Shown piece by piece: positions 39,042-49,457 of a stretch of 64,000 nucleotides of DNA; position 1 is the first letter of the stretch; every line of letters starts with the position of its first letter. This stretch comes from an uncultured Candidatus Entotheonella sp. (GTDB lineage Bacteria > Tectomicrobia > Entotheonellia > Entotheonellales > Entotheonellaceae). Under the pieces are notes generated by a model. It did no database searches, was not told where the DNA came from, and saw nothing but the letters and a program-made list of their open reading frames with translations. The translations under genes and the position numbers were made by a program. The stretch is from NCBI GenBank assembly GCA_965217185.1, contig OZ244252.1, positions 256,001 through 320,000 on the forward strand, in the 5' to 3' direction.

Positions 39042-39114
39042 GGGTAACGTGAAACCATGAGCACGGTTGGCGAACGGGAAATCCGCACGCAGCAACGGGT
39101 GGTGGCATTCTTCC
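39042..39114 (+). repeat. Duplicate of hsdR 5' end, encoding the start of a 35-aa stub ORF (39057-39164)
   Basis: 69/73 identity to 40787-40859 by manual alignment. Confidence 0.92.
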
Positions 39115-39177
39115 GCGAGGCACTCAGCCGCGTCGACCTCGGCAGCATTGAGAAATCGACATGAAGGAGCGGCGTTC

Positions 39178-40715
39178 ATGATCGAGAAGCGTTTCAGAGA
39201 CCTCTGGGAACAGTTACAGGGCAAGAAACCCCATTTGCCGCATTTTCTGGCGGAAATTCACCTGGAGGGCATTCGTGGCATCGACGATATCCGGGTGGTG
39301 TTCGATTACCCGGTGAGCGTCATTGCCGGCGGCAATGCCAGCGGCAAGTCGACCGTGCTCTTTGCGGCTGCCTGCGCCTACAAGGTGCCGGGAGCGGGTG
39401 TCAAGGATTTCGTGCCGTCCACACTTTTTCCCGATTACCGGCCCAAACTGGGAAGACGCGAGGACGAAAAGCGCGAAATCGTCATAGAGTTCGACTATTC
39501 GACGCCCGACGGCCGGCGGTCCATGCGGTGGCGCCGTTCCAAGGATTGGAATCGCAGCTTCCTCGGTCGCAAGAACGCCAGCCAGCCGGAACGGCCGCTC
39601 TATCTCAGGACACTCAGCAATCCAGCCGAGGTTCGCGGTGTGCTCAGTATGTCTCGCCTGGGTTCCGCGCCGCTGGAATCTCCCCTGACGGCGTCACAGG
39701 TTGAGTTCGCGCAGCGGATGCTTCCCTTCCGATATTCAGAGGTCGTCAACCTGTCCAGCGGCAGCAAGAACTTGCTTTTTGCCGCCCAGGAAGGTGGCGC
39801 GTCGTACTCCGAATTGCACATGGCCGCTGGCGAGCGCGCCATCTTGCGGCTGTCGCGGGAAATCGCCCAACTCGAAGGCGCACTGGTTCTGGTTGACGAA
39901 GTGGAAGCTGGGCTGCACCCGTGGGTCCAGCAACTTCTCATGCTGCAACTTCAGCAACTTGCCCTGCGCAACGACCTGCAGATCATCGTGACCTCTCACA
40001 GCCCGGTCGTGCTCGATTCGGTGCCCGCCAACGGGCGCATCTTTCTCGAACGCGACGAAAAGGGCCGGGTTGCGGTACGCCGGCGTATCGCGACGTGGTC
40101 CAGGATGCACTGTACGGCCGCTCCGGCGATGCGCTCAACCTGCTGTGTGAAGACGATGCGGCCGAAGGCATTCTGCACGGCATTTTTGACGTTCTGTTAC
40201 CCCGTCAGAGAATGAGGAGGGAATCGGTTCGCATAGGGCGGGACACAGGCGCCGGCGAATTCCCGGCACATGCCACGGCTTTCAGGAAATTCGGCCAGAT
40301 TCAAAACTTCGTCTTCATTCTCGATGGCGACAAGCGGGGCTGCGACGTTGAACGAAAGATACAAGAAGGTGCTGGGAGCGAAGTCCCCGTATTGTTTCTT
40401 CCTGGCCGCGCCGCGCCGGAAGTCTGGGTGTGGGACCGCCTGCGACAGAGCTCAGAGGGTGCCAGGGAATTGAATATTGACCCCGCCGAACTATTCGAGC
40501 GGATGAATCGGCTGGCCTCGGTCTACGATTCCGCGTCCGACCGCCCGTCACAGATTGCCAAGACCAAACTTCGTGGCCTGTCCGAACCCCTTGGTTGGAA
40601 TGCCCCGGATATTTGCCGGGTCGTTGCCCGGCTGGAGGCCGGCCGAAGGGAAAGTGATATTCAGCCTTTGGTTGAAGGATTGGCGAATGCCCTGCTGCAA
40701 TGGCGCGCAAATTAA
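39178..40715 (+). pseudogene. ABC-type ATPase fused to TOPRIM-like domain, split by a 1-nt frameshift near 40080
   Basis: GGNASGKST, AAGE, LVDEVE, TSHS in first frame; LCED and LDGD in second frame. Confidence 0.75.
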
Positions 40716-40801
40716 GCCCGTAGAATGGTGAAGACATAGAAGATGCTGACACGACAGCCAAACGGACTGGTGGCATTTTTGATGCGGGGTAACGTGAAGC
40801 C

Positions 40802-43800
40802 ATGAGCACGGTCGGCGAACGGGAAATCCGCACGCAGCGACGGGTGGTGGCGTTCTTCCAGGCGGCGCTTGGCTACGCCTACCTCGGTGACTGGAAAGAT
40901 CGCGACGGCAACAGCAACGTCGAGAAAACGTTGCTTACCGACTGGCTGACGCGCCAGGGCCACAGCAACAGGATCATCGCCAAAGTGCTGTTTGAACTCG
41001 GTAAGGCCGCGGCACTCGGCGGCAGCAAGACCCTCTACGACGCCAATCGCGAGGTCTATGGCCTGCTCCGCTACGGCGTGAAGGTGCAGCCGGACGCAGG
41101 CGAGCAGAACGTGACTGTCTGGCTGATCGACTGGGCAAACCCCGACAATAACGACTTCGCCCTCGCCGAAGAGGTGACGGTTGCCGAGCAGAATACCAAG
41201 CGGCCCGACCTCGTGCTCTACGTCAACGGCCTCGCCCTGGGCGTGCTGGAGTTGAAGCGTTCTACGGTATCGGTGAGCGAGGGTATCCGCCAGAATCTCG
41301 ACAACCAGAAGAAGACGTTCATCCAGCCGTTTTTTACCACGGTGCAGCTCGTGATGGCGGGCAACGACACCGAGGGGCTGCGCTACGGCGTGATTGAAAC
41401 GCGGGAGAAGTACTGGTTGCGTTGGAAGGAAGCCGAAGCCCACCCAGCCGCGGGGGATAACCCGCTGCTGCGGGAACTGGGCCAACTGTGCGGCAAGGAG
41501 CGGCTGCTAGAAGTCGTGCACGATTTCGTCGTTTTCGACGCCGGCGTCAAGAAGATTTGCCGCCATAACCAGTACTTCGGGGTGCGGGCGGCGCAAGCGT
41601 GTGTGCAGCGCCGCGAAGGCGGCATCATCTGGCATACCCAGGGAAGCGGCAAGAGCCTGAGCATGGTCTGGCTGGCGAAGTGGATTCGCGAGCACGTGGC
41701 CGACGGGCGGGTGCTGATCGTCACCGACCGGACCGAACTGGACGAGCAAATCGAGAAGGTCTTCAAGGGCGTCAGCGAGGATATCTACCGCACCGCCAGC
41801 GGCGCCGATCTGGTGCAAGCGCTGAACACCGGCGAGGAATGGCTGGTCGGTTCGCTGATCCACAAATTCGGTACCTCGGAAGAGATAAGTGAAAAGGACA
41901 TCGAAACCTACGTCGAGGAAATCAAGAAAAGCCTGCCCAAGGGGTTCCGCGCCAAGGGCGAGATATTCGTCTTCGTGGACGAATGCCACCGCACGCAATC
42001 CGGCAAGCTCCATGATGCGATGAAAGCCCTACTGCCGCGGGCGACGCTGGTCGGTTTCACTGGAACACCACTCCTCAAGGATGACAAGCGTCGGAGCATT
42101 GAGACCTTTGGGCCGTACATCCACACCTACAAGTACGACGAGGCGGTGAATGACGGAGTGGTGCTGGACCTGCGCTACGAGGCACGCGATATTGACCAGA
42201 ACCTGACCTCACCGGCCAAGGTCGACCAGTGGTTCGAGCTCAAGACCCAAGGACTGACCGACGTGGCAAAGGCCCAGCTCAAGCAACGGTGGGGCACGCT
42301 GCGAAGAGTGCTGAGTGCACGGGACCGGCTGGAAAAGATCGTCGCTGACATCATGATGGACATGGCGACGCACGACCGCCTCAAGAGCGGCTACGGCAAC
42401 GCGATGCTGATTTCCGACAGCATCTACTCGGCGTGCCGCTTCTTTGAGATGTTTCAGCAGACTGATCTGGCGGGCAAATGCGCCATCGTGACTTCTTACA
42501 AGCCCTCCCCGGCGAGCATCAAGGGGGAAGGGGGAAGCGAGGGGCTGACCGAAAGGCTGCGCCAGTACGACATCTACCGAAGAATGCTTGCGGCGCACTT
42601 CAACGAGCCGGAAGACCTAGCCATGCGCAAGGTGGAGCAGTTCGAGCAGGAGGTCAAGAAACGCTTCATTAAGGAGCCGGGACAGATGAAGCTCCTGATC
42701 GTCGTGGACAAACTGCTGACAGGCTTTGACGCGCCGCCGGCGACCTATCTCTACATCGACAAGCCGATGCAGGACCATGGCCTGTTCCAGGCTATCTGCC
42801 GGGTCAACCGCCTCGACGGCGAGGACAAGGAATATGGGTACGTCATCGACTACAAGGACCTGTTCCGGTCATTGGAGCAGTCTGTCAAGGACTACACTGG
42901 CGAGGCTTTCGACGGCTACGACAAGGCCGACGTGGAGGGTTTGCTGAAGGACCGGCTGGCGCAGGGCCGGGAGCGGCTGGAGGAAGCGCGCGAGGCGATA
43001 AAGGCGCTGTGCGAACCGGTCGAGCCGCCGCGCGATACCGCGGCCTACCTGCGTTTCTTCTGCGCCGCCGAGAGCGGCAATGCCGAGCAGCTAAAGGCCA
43101 ACGAACCGAAGCGCGTGACCCTCTATCGGTTGGCCGCGGCCTACCTGCGAGCTTATGCCAATTTGGCGAACGAGATGCGCCAGGCTGGCTATTCCGACGC
43201 CGAAGCGCAGCAGATCAAGGCCGAGGTGGACCACTATGAAAAGGTGCGCCAGGAGGTCAAGCTCGCCAGCGGCGATTACATCGACTTGAAAATGTATGAA
43301 CCGGCCATGCGGCATCTGCTCGACACGTACATTCGGGCCGAAGAGAGCGCGCAACTCTCTGCTTTCGACGACTTGACGCTGATACAGTTGATCGTTGAGC
43401 GCGGCGAAGCAGCGATCGATGCACTACCCGAGGGCACCCGCAAGAGCCCCGAAGCGGTGGCCGAGACGATTGAGAACAACGTGCGGCGGCTCATCATCGA
43501 CGAAATGCCGGTCAACCCCAAGTACTACGAAAAAATGTCGGCATTGCTGGACGTGTTGATCCGCCAGCGCAAGCAGGAAGCCATGGACTACAAGGCCTAC
43601 CTGGCCAAGATCGTCGAGTTGACCGGGACGGTCAGTAGGCCGGAGACCCAAGCATCCTATCCTGCGAGCATCCACAACGGTGCCCTGCGGGCGCTTTACG
43701 ACAATCTGGAAGAGCCGGAAGTTTCGGTCGTGCGCGACCCCATGACACCATATGGCGACACACCGAATTTCGACCCCAAGGAAGAGCGGGTCCTTGCCCT

Positions 43801-43954
43801 GGACCACGCCATCCGTCACGTGAAAAAGGCGGACTGGCGCGGAAACAGATTCAAGGAACGCGAGGTTCGTAACGCCGTCAAGTCAGTGCTCGGCGACGAC
43901 GAGGGCTTGGTGAGTACGATATTCGAAATCGTGAAGGCACAGCGTGACTATTGA
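40802..43954 (+). CDS. hsdR: Type I RM restriction subunit
   Basis: RPDLV..ELK, HTQGSGKS, DECHR, GFTGTP, LLTGFDAP, QAICRVNR. Confidence 0.95.
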   Translation: MSTVGEREIRTQRRVVAFFQAALGYAYLGDWKDRDGNSNVEKTLLTDWLTRQGHSNRIIAKVLFELGKAAALGGSKTLYDANREVYGLLRYGVKVQPDAGEQNVTVWLIDWANPDNNDFALAEEVTVAEQNTKRPDLVLYVNGLALGVLELKRSTVSVSEGIRQNLDNQKKTFIQPFFTTVQLVMAGNDTEGLRYGVIETREKYWLRWKEAEAHPAAGDNPLLRELGQLCGKERLLEVVHDFVVFDAGVKKICRHNQYFGVRAAQACVQRREGGIIWHTQGSGKSLSMVWLAKWIREHVADGRVLIVTDRTELDEQIEKVFKGVSEDIYRTASGADLVQALNTGEEWLVGSLIHKFGTSEEISEKDIETYVEEIKKSLPKGFRAKGEIFVFVDECHRTQSGKLHDAMKALLPRATLVGFTGTPLLKDDKRRSIETFGPYIHTYKYDEAVNDGVVLDLRYEARDIDQNLTSPAKVDQWFELKTQGLTDVAKAQLKQRWGTLRRVLSARDRLEKIVADIMMDMATHDRLKSGYGNAMLISDSIYSACRFFEMFQQTDLAGKCAIVTSYKPSPASIKGEGGSEGLTERLRQYDIYRRMLAAHFNEPEDLAMRKVEQFEQEVKKRFIKEPGQMKLLIVVDKLLTGFDAPPATYLYIDKPMQDHGLFQAICRVNRLDGEDKEYGYVIDYKDLFRSLEQSVKDYTGEAFDGYDKADVEGLLKDRLAQGRERLEEAREAIKALCEPVEPPRDTAAYLRFFCAAESGNAEQLKANEPKRVTLYRLAAAYLRAYANLANEMRQAGYSDAEAQQIKAEVDHYEKVRQEVKLASGDYIDLKMYEPAMRHLLDTYIRAEESAQLSAFDDLTLIQLIVERGEAAIDALPEGTRKSPEAVAETIENNVRRLIIDEMPVNPKYYEKMSALLDVLIRQRKQEAMDYKAYLAKIVELTGTVSRPETQASYPASIHNGALRALYDNLEEPEVSVVRDPMTPYGDTPNFDPKEERVLALDHAIRHVKKADWRGNRFKEREVRNAVKSVLGDDEGLVSTIFEIVKAQRDY

Positions 43955-44675
43955 GGATAGAGGCCGCCAAATCGACGTGCGAGGTACAACCGTGGAGGTC
44001 GTCCACAGGGACATCAAGAACCTCCACGTGGGTGTCTATCCGCCAAGCGGTCGGGTGCGGGTGGCCGCGCCGTTGCGCCTTGATGAAGGTGCCGTGCGTC
44101 TGGCCGTTATTTCGCGCCTGGGATGGATTCGCCGTAAACAGGCCGGGTTCGAGCAACAGGCTCGCCAGTCTCAGCGAAAGTTCGTCACCGGTGAGAGTCA
44201 TTACGTTGAAGGCCGGCGCTACCGGCTTGGCGTAACCGAACACGATGGCCCGCCAACTGTTCGTCTGCTTAACAATACGACGTTAGCGTTAACCGTTCGT
44301 CCTGATACCAACCGCGACAAGCGGGAGGCTGTGCTTTACCGATGGTATCGCCACCGGCTCCGAAGCCGTCTGCCGGCGCTTCTTGCAAAATGGGAACCGA
44401 GGGTTGGAACGCGGGGTACTGAAGTGCGCATCAAGAAGATGAAAACCCACTGGGGAACGTGCAACACGGATGCCCGCCGTATCTGGCTAAATCTTGAATT
44501 GGCGAAGAAACCGGTGTTGTGCCTTGAGTACATCCTGGTGCATGAGATGGTCCACCTGATTGAGCGTCATCATACCGATCGGTTTCGACAACTGATGGAC
44601 AGACTCATGCCGCAGTGGCGCGTTTATCGAGATGAGTTGAATCAGAGCCCGCTGGCACATGAAGCTTGGCGTTAG
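43944..44675 (+). CDS. YgjP/M48-like zinc metalloprotein commonly found after hsdR
   Basis: KMKTHWGTC, HEMVH..ERHH. Confidence 0.88.
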   Translation: MTIEDRGRQIDVRGTTVEVVHRDIKNLHVGVYPPSGRVRVAAPLRLDEGAVRLAVISRLGWIRRKQAGFEQQARQSQRKFVTGESHYVEGRRYRLGVTEHDGPPTVRLLNNTTLALTVRPDTNRDKREAVLYRWYRHRLRSRLPALLAKWEPRVGTRGTEVRIKKMKTHWGTCNTDARRIWLNLELAKKPVLCLEYILVHEMVHLIERHHTDRFRQLMDRLMPQWRVYRDELNQSPLAHEAWR

Positions 44676-44686
44676 CGAGAGGAAAA

Positions 44687-44929
44687 TCACAAGCGCTTCA
44701 ACAGTCCCACTCGTTCCATGCAATGACGGCTTGCTCCTTGGTAGTCGCCCATCGCAGCCAGTGCCTCGGAAAGTGTTGCAGCGACGCTTTGCTGCAACTC
44801 CGCATGGGTACGTTCCTGGCAGTTCACGCCGGGAGCTTCCTCAATACAGCCGCTCCACAGCCGTGTATTTCGCCGTCCCTCCAGGTATGCGGAAATCGCC
44901 TTCCTGAATCGGTGCCATGTATCAGCCAA
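44687..44929 (-). pseudogene. HicB-like fragment
   Basis: IEEAPGVNCQERT..EL..TLSEAL core with non-homologous ends. Confidence 0.5.
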
Positions 44930-45137
44930 CCCTGGTGGAACGAACGGGAAGGGCCTCGGTTTCCAGTGTCGTCAGGTCGAAGCGTCTGGACGCATGGTCG
45001 ATGTCGAAGCCGACCACCTCGCCGTCGGCATCAAGGTCGACATTGAGGCCGTCCGAGACCTCGCGGGTCTCCGCGCCCGGCCCGGCCTTGAGCTCGACAT
45101 AGAGGCTGTCCGTTTCCGGATAATAATGCAGCTTCAT
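44922..45137 (-). CDS. DUF2283 antitoxin-like protein
   Basis: YYPETDSLYVEL..VDLDADGEVVGFDI. Confidence 0.85.
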   Translation of the reverse strand: MKLHYYPETDSLYVELKAGPGAETREVSDGLNVDLDADGEVVGFDIDHASRRFDLTTLETEALPVRSTRVG

Positions 45138-45385
45138 GGATTTTCCTTTCGGAAGCGTCGATCGAAGAAAGCGTTGTGAATCGTCTCACCGTCGGCCAGC
45201 GTCACGACTCGGAGGAAACGGGGACCGGTTGCGCCAGGAAGGGTGATCTCACCCCAGAATCGGACGCGGCCGTCCGGCTGCGCTTCTCGACGGAGCGGTG
45301 TGGTTATGACCCGAACGCACCATGCCGGATCAATGTAGGGCCGCTTGCGGCGTACTTGCTCCTCGAAATAGCGTGTCGTTTTCAT
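45134..45385 (-). CDS. Small putative toxin partner of DUF2283
   Basis: LRVVTLADGETIHNAFFDR; overlaps DUF2283 start. Confidence 0.7.
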   Translation of the reverse strand: MKTTRYFEEQVRRKRPYIDPAWCVRVITTPLRREAQPDGRVRFWGEITLPGATGPRFLRVVTLADGETIHNAFFDRRFRKENP

Positions 45386-45461
45386 AAGCGGCCTGGGAAC
45401 AGTTATTGAGTGAGAAATCCCACTTCGGCGTCAGTTGGTACTTGTGCCTGACAAGAACTCA

Positions 45462-45632
45462 TCAGGGAAGGCCTTTTTCTGCGCGTACCTCAAGGCAGAG
45501 TGTAATGGCTTCTTTTATGTTGTCCAACGCCTGGGCTTTGGTCGTTCCCTGACTGACGCAGCCCGGAATTGCGGGGCATTCCACAATCCACATACCATCT
45601 TCATCGCGGTCAACCGTCACATTGAATTTCAT
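45462..45632 (-). pseudogene. HicB antitoxin, C-terminally truncated
   Basis: DEDG.WIVECPAIPGCVSQG.T..AL.NIKEAI; ends after 56 aa. Confidence 0.7.
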
Positions 45633-45770
45633 CTCTTTCTTGAAACCTCCGTCGGTTTTGCACCACACCCTTTCCGTTCTTGACGAGCGGTCAGAATTCC
45701 CTTTATCTATCGGAAAAGAACTCCGAATACAAGAATGCCATTGCGAACTGACGTTCCCAGGAGACATGAC

Positions 45771-48422
45771 ATGAACGCCACAAAGCCGATCACAATGACT
45801 ACGTTGCAGCCAGCCGGCGCGGTGTTTCATCGCTGCGCCTTGCAAGTGAATCCGCATCCCGACGGCGACGCGCCGTCCCGCGCCGCGGCGATCGTAGCCA
45901 AGGCCGTCGAACTCGGCGTATCCGTGCTTGTCGTTTCCGGTCCCAGCGGCATAGCGGCCTTCCGCACCGCGGCTGCGGGCCAGGGCATCACCCTGTTTCC
46001 CGGCTTTGAGTTGACGTCCGCCGAGGGCATTCACGTCCTTTGCATCTACCCACCGGATGCTGACGAGGGACAACTCGAACGGTTCCTCGGCCAGCTCGGA
46101 ATTGACTCTTCCGCGCCTTCCTCTGACCCGTCAAGCATGCCGTTCGAGAACGTGCTGACGAGGCTTCGCGTACAGGGCGGCGTCGCGATTGCCGCACATG
46201 CGACGCCCGACGGCGGCCTGTTCGACAGCCTGTCGACCCAGGCGTGGCGCAGCGAGGACCTGCTCGCCGTTCGCATTCCCGGGGCCATCGAGGAGCTTCC
46301 TGAAGACACGCGCCGTATCCTCGAAAACCGGAATGCGGATTACCGGCGCGTCCACCCCGCGGGCGACAAGCAGGCGGTGGCCGTGGTCAACGCAAAAGAC
46401 GTTACGATCGCTGCGGACCTCGAACACCCCGACGCTACCTGCCGCATCAAGATGTCCGAGGTGAGCATCGAGGGCTTGCGGCAGGCGTTTCTGGACCCGG
46501 ACTCGCGCATCCGCCTCAATCGTCAGGACGGCGAATCGGAGGCCGAGGCGCACACCGAATTGATGAGCCTTGCGTGGGAGGGGGGCTTTCTGGACGGCGC
46601 CAGCATCTCGCTGAACCCCAACCTCAACGTCCTGGTCGGCGGCCACGGCGCCGGCAAGTCAACGATCATCGAAAGCCTGCGCTACGTGCTGGCCCTGGAC
46701 CCCGTCGGCGAAGAGGCGGGCAAGGCCCACCAAAGCATCGTGCGCCACGTGCTGCGCAGCGGCACCAAGGTCTCGCTGCGCGTGCGCTGTTATCGCCCGG
46801 CGACGCGCGAATACCTGATCGAGCGCACCGTTCCCAACCCGCCCGTGATTCGCGATGAAAACGGCCTGGTCTCCAGCCTGCTGCCCAGGGACATCCTGCC
46901 CCGCGTCGAGGTGTACGGTCAGCACGAAATTTCGGAACTCGCCCGCAGCGGCGAGAAGCTCACCCGCTTGCTCGACCGCTTTGCCCAGTCCGACCCGTCG
47001 ATGGCCAGGCGCAAGGCGGACCTTCGCCGCGACCTCAGAAAAACGCGGGAAGCCCTGTTGGACCTGCAGGCGGAGTTGCGGCACATCGAAGAGCGGCTGG
47101 CGGCCCTGCCCAGCCTGGAAGAAACCCTCGAACGCTTCCATGAGGTTGGGCTTGAGGACCGCTTGCGCGGGCGCAGCCTGCTGGTGCGCGGGGAGCAGGT
47201 GATGGACTCCATTCCCGAGCGCCTGCGTACCTTCCGCGACGGCCTGGAAACCATGCGGCAGGAACTTCCCCTCAATCGCGTGTTCCTGTCGCCCGAAGCG
47301 CTTGAGGACCTGCCGGGCCGGGATATCCTTGGCGGTGCGGACCGCGTGCTGGAGCGTCTGACCAGCGACCTCCAATCCATCGTGCGTCAATTGGACGAAG
47401 CCCTGGCGCGCGCCGACAACGGCGTCGCTGAGGTGCGTTCCCACTGGGACAGGCACCGGCTCGAGGTGCAGGCCGCGTACGAGGCCATTCTGCGCGAGCT
47501 TCAGCAGGCGGCGGTGGACGGCGAGGAGTTCATCCGTCTGCGTGGGGAGATTGAAGGGTTGCGCCCGCTGCAGGATCGCCAGTCCCTGCTGCAGCAACAG
47601 GAAAGCGAATACCTGAATCGCCGCCGGGCGCTGCTGGCCGAGTGGGAGGACGTCAAGGCCGAAGAGTTCCGCGCCCTCGACCGGGCCGCCCAGAACGTCA
47701 GCGGCAGGCTGACCGGCCGCGTTCAGGTGGAGGTCACGGCCGCGGGGAATCGAGAACCGCTGGCCGCGCTGCTGCGCAACCGGATCGGCGGCAATCTCAA
47801 GAGCACGGTTGAAAAACTGGCGGGTCTGGACACGATGTCCCTGGTCGATCTGGCTGCTGCCTGCCGCGACGGCGCCGACGCCTTGATCGACGCCTACGGC
47901 CTGACCCGGAGCCAGGCGCGAAACATCGCCGAGGCCGGGCCGGACATCGCCCTGCGCATTGAGGAACTGGAACTGCCGCCCACAACGACCATCCGGCTCA
48001 ACACCGCGCCGCCCGGTGCAGCGCCGTCGTGGCAGGCGCTCGACGCGCTCTCGATCGGCCAGAAGGCCAACGCGGTGCTGCTGCTCCTGCTGCTCGAATC
48101 CGACGCGCCGCTGATTGTGGATCAGCCCGAGGGCGACCTCGACAACCGCTCCATTACCGAGGGCATCGTGCCCCGGATGCGTGAGGAAAAGCAGCGCCGG
48201 CAGTTCATTTTCTCGACCCACAACGCCAACATTCCGGTGCTCGGTGACGCCGAGCTGATTCTCGGGCTGACGGCCTCGGGTGAGTCCGGCGGCGGACAGG
48301 GGCGCATCGCGCCGGAGCACCTGGGGTCCATTGATACCCAACTGGTGCGTGCATTGGTGGAGGACATTCTCGAGGGCGGCAAAGACGCCTTTGAGACGAG
48401 ACGGCTGAAGTACGGCTTCTGA
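45771..48422 (+). CDS. PHP-domain + SMC/ABC ATPase fusion (TrlF/Ppl-like)
   Basis: RCALQVN, GFE..IHVL; GGHGAGKS, coiled coil, LSIGQK, IVDQPE, STHNAN; RBS GGAG. Confidence 0.8.
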   Translation: MNATKPITMTTLQPAGAVFHRCALQVNPHPDGDAPSRAAAIVAKAVELGVSVLVVSGPSGIAAFRTAAAGQGITLFPGFELTSAEGIHVLCIYPPDADEGQLERFLGQLGIDSSAPSSDPSSMPFENVLTRLRVQGGVAIAAHATPDGGLFDSLSTQAWRSEDLLAVRIPGAIEELPEDTRRILENRNADYRRVHPAGDKQAVAVVNAKDVTIAADLEHPDATCRIKMSEVSIEGLRQAFLDPDSRIRLNRQDGESEAEAHTELMSLAWEGGFLDGASISLNPNLNVLVGGHGAGKSTIIESLRYVLALDPVGEEAGKAHQSIVRHVLRSGTKVSLRVRCYRPATREYLIERTVPNPPVIRDENGLVSSLLPRDILPRVEVYGQHEISELARSGEKLTRLLDRFAQSDPSMARRKADLRRDLRKTREALLDLQAELRHIEERLAALPSLEETLERFHEVGLEDRLRGRSLLVRGEQVMDSIPERLRTFRDGLETMRQELPLNRVFLSPEALEDLPGRDILGGADRVLERLTSDLQSIVRQLDEALARADNGVAEVRSHWDRHRLEVQAAYEAILRELQQAAVDGEEFIRLRGEIEGLRPLQDRQSLLQQQESEYLNRRRALLAEWEDVKAEEFRALDRAAQNVSGRLTGRVQVEVTAAGNREPLAALLRNRIGGNLKSTVEKLAGLDTMSLVDLAAACRDGADALIDAYGLTRSQARNIAEAGPDIALRIEELELPPTTTIRLNTAPPGAAPSWQALDALSIGQKANAVLLLLLLESDAPLIVDQPEGDLDNRSITEGIVPRMREEKQRRQFIFSTHNANIPVLGDAELILGLTASGESGGGQGRIAPEHLGSIDTQLVRALVEDILEGGKDAFETRRLKYGF

Positions 48423-48437
48423 GAACAAGGAAGAACC

Positions 48438-49145
48438 ATGTGCGGTCGCTTCACCCAGCAACTGACCGAAGGCGAAATGCACGACCTGTACGGTGTGATG
48501 CAACCGACCCTGCCGCTGGATTTGCCGCCGCGCTACAACGGTGCGCCGACGCAGGACTTCTCAGCGTGCCGGCTCGATGAGACGGGGCGCCGTGTCGTAA
48601 CCAGGTTGCGTTGGGGACTGGTGCCGTTCTGGGCGAAGGATGTCGGGATAGGGGCGCGGTTGATCAACGCACGGGCGGAGACGGTGGGCGACAAGCCGGC
48701 GTACCGGGCGGCCTTTCGCGCGCGCCGGTGTCTGGTGCCGGCCAATGGCTGGTTCGAGTGGCAGCGCGCCGGGCGTAGCAAGCAGCCGTGGTTTGTCGCC
48801 CTGGCGGATACCTCACCGGTGTCGTTCGCGGCGCTGTGGGAACGCTGGGACAAGGCGGGCGATGGTCTGGAAACTTTCACCATCATCACCACGGAAGCCT
48901 GCGAGAGTCTGACGGATATCCATCACCGGCAACCCGCGATCATCCACCCCGATCACGTTGCCGATTGGCTCGATCCCACTTTGCGGCTCGAGCAACTCGT
49001 TGATCTGGTGCGTGAACCTTGCACCGGCCCCTTCGAGAAACGCCCCGTCAGCGCCCGGGTGAACAGCGTTGCCAACAACGACGTAAGCATCCTGAGCCCC
49101 GCGCGGCTGCACCGCACTTCGGAGCCAGGGCTGTTTGACCGATAG
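48438..49145 (+). CDS. SOS response-associated peptidase (SRAP/YedK)
   Basis: N-terminal MCGRF, WGLVP, NARAET, FEW, IHHRQP. Confidence 0.93.
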   Translation: MCGRFTQQLTEGEMHDLYGVMQPTLPLDLPPRYNGAPTQDFSACRLDETGRRVVTRLRWGLVPFWAKDVGIGARLINARAETVGDKPAYRAAFRARRCLVPANGWFEWQRAGRSKQPWFVALADTSPVSFAALWERWDKAGDGLETFTIITTEACESLTDIHHRQPAIIHPDHVADWLDPTLRLEQLVDLVREPCTGPFEKRPVSARVNSVANNDVSILSPARLHRTSEPGLFDR

Positions 49146-49160
49146 AGGGGAGCATCCGCT

Positions 49161-49457
49161 TTACTCGCCCGTGTTGGTCAGTTCAAGCCGCAAGCGCTTA
49201 CCGCATACAGTCGCTGCTTTTTGAAGGGTGTGAAGCGTAACAGAGGAATTGCTCGGATCTAACAAACGGTTCAGGGCCGCTCGGCTCGTTTGCATGCGGG
49301 CCGCCATGGCCGTTCGAGTCAAGCCCTTCTCCTGCATGGCACGCTTGATCTGCTCGGCCAGCAATTCTTTAATCGCCTGTTCTTCGCAGGCTTCGAGCAG
49401 GCCCTCCTCAGCTAAAAAGTCATCGAAGGAGGATCCGACACGGGGGTTCTGGCTCAT
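49161..49457 (-). CDS. XRE-type HTH antitoxin
   Basis: GSSFDDFL, MQTSR..LNRLLDP..SVTL.TL. Confidence 0.88.
   Translation of the reverse strand: MSQNPRVGSSFDDFLAEEGLLEACEEQAIKELLAEQIKRAMQEKGLTRTAMAARMQTSRAALNRLLDPSNSSVTLHTLQKAATVCGKRLRLELTNTGE

Noticed and set aside
45462..45464. TGA after HicB as a selenocysteine codon
   Set aside because: Followed by a second TGA and not at a Cys position
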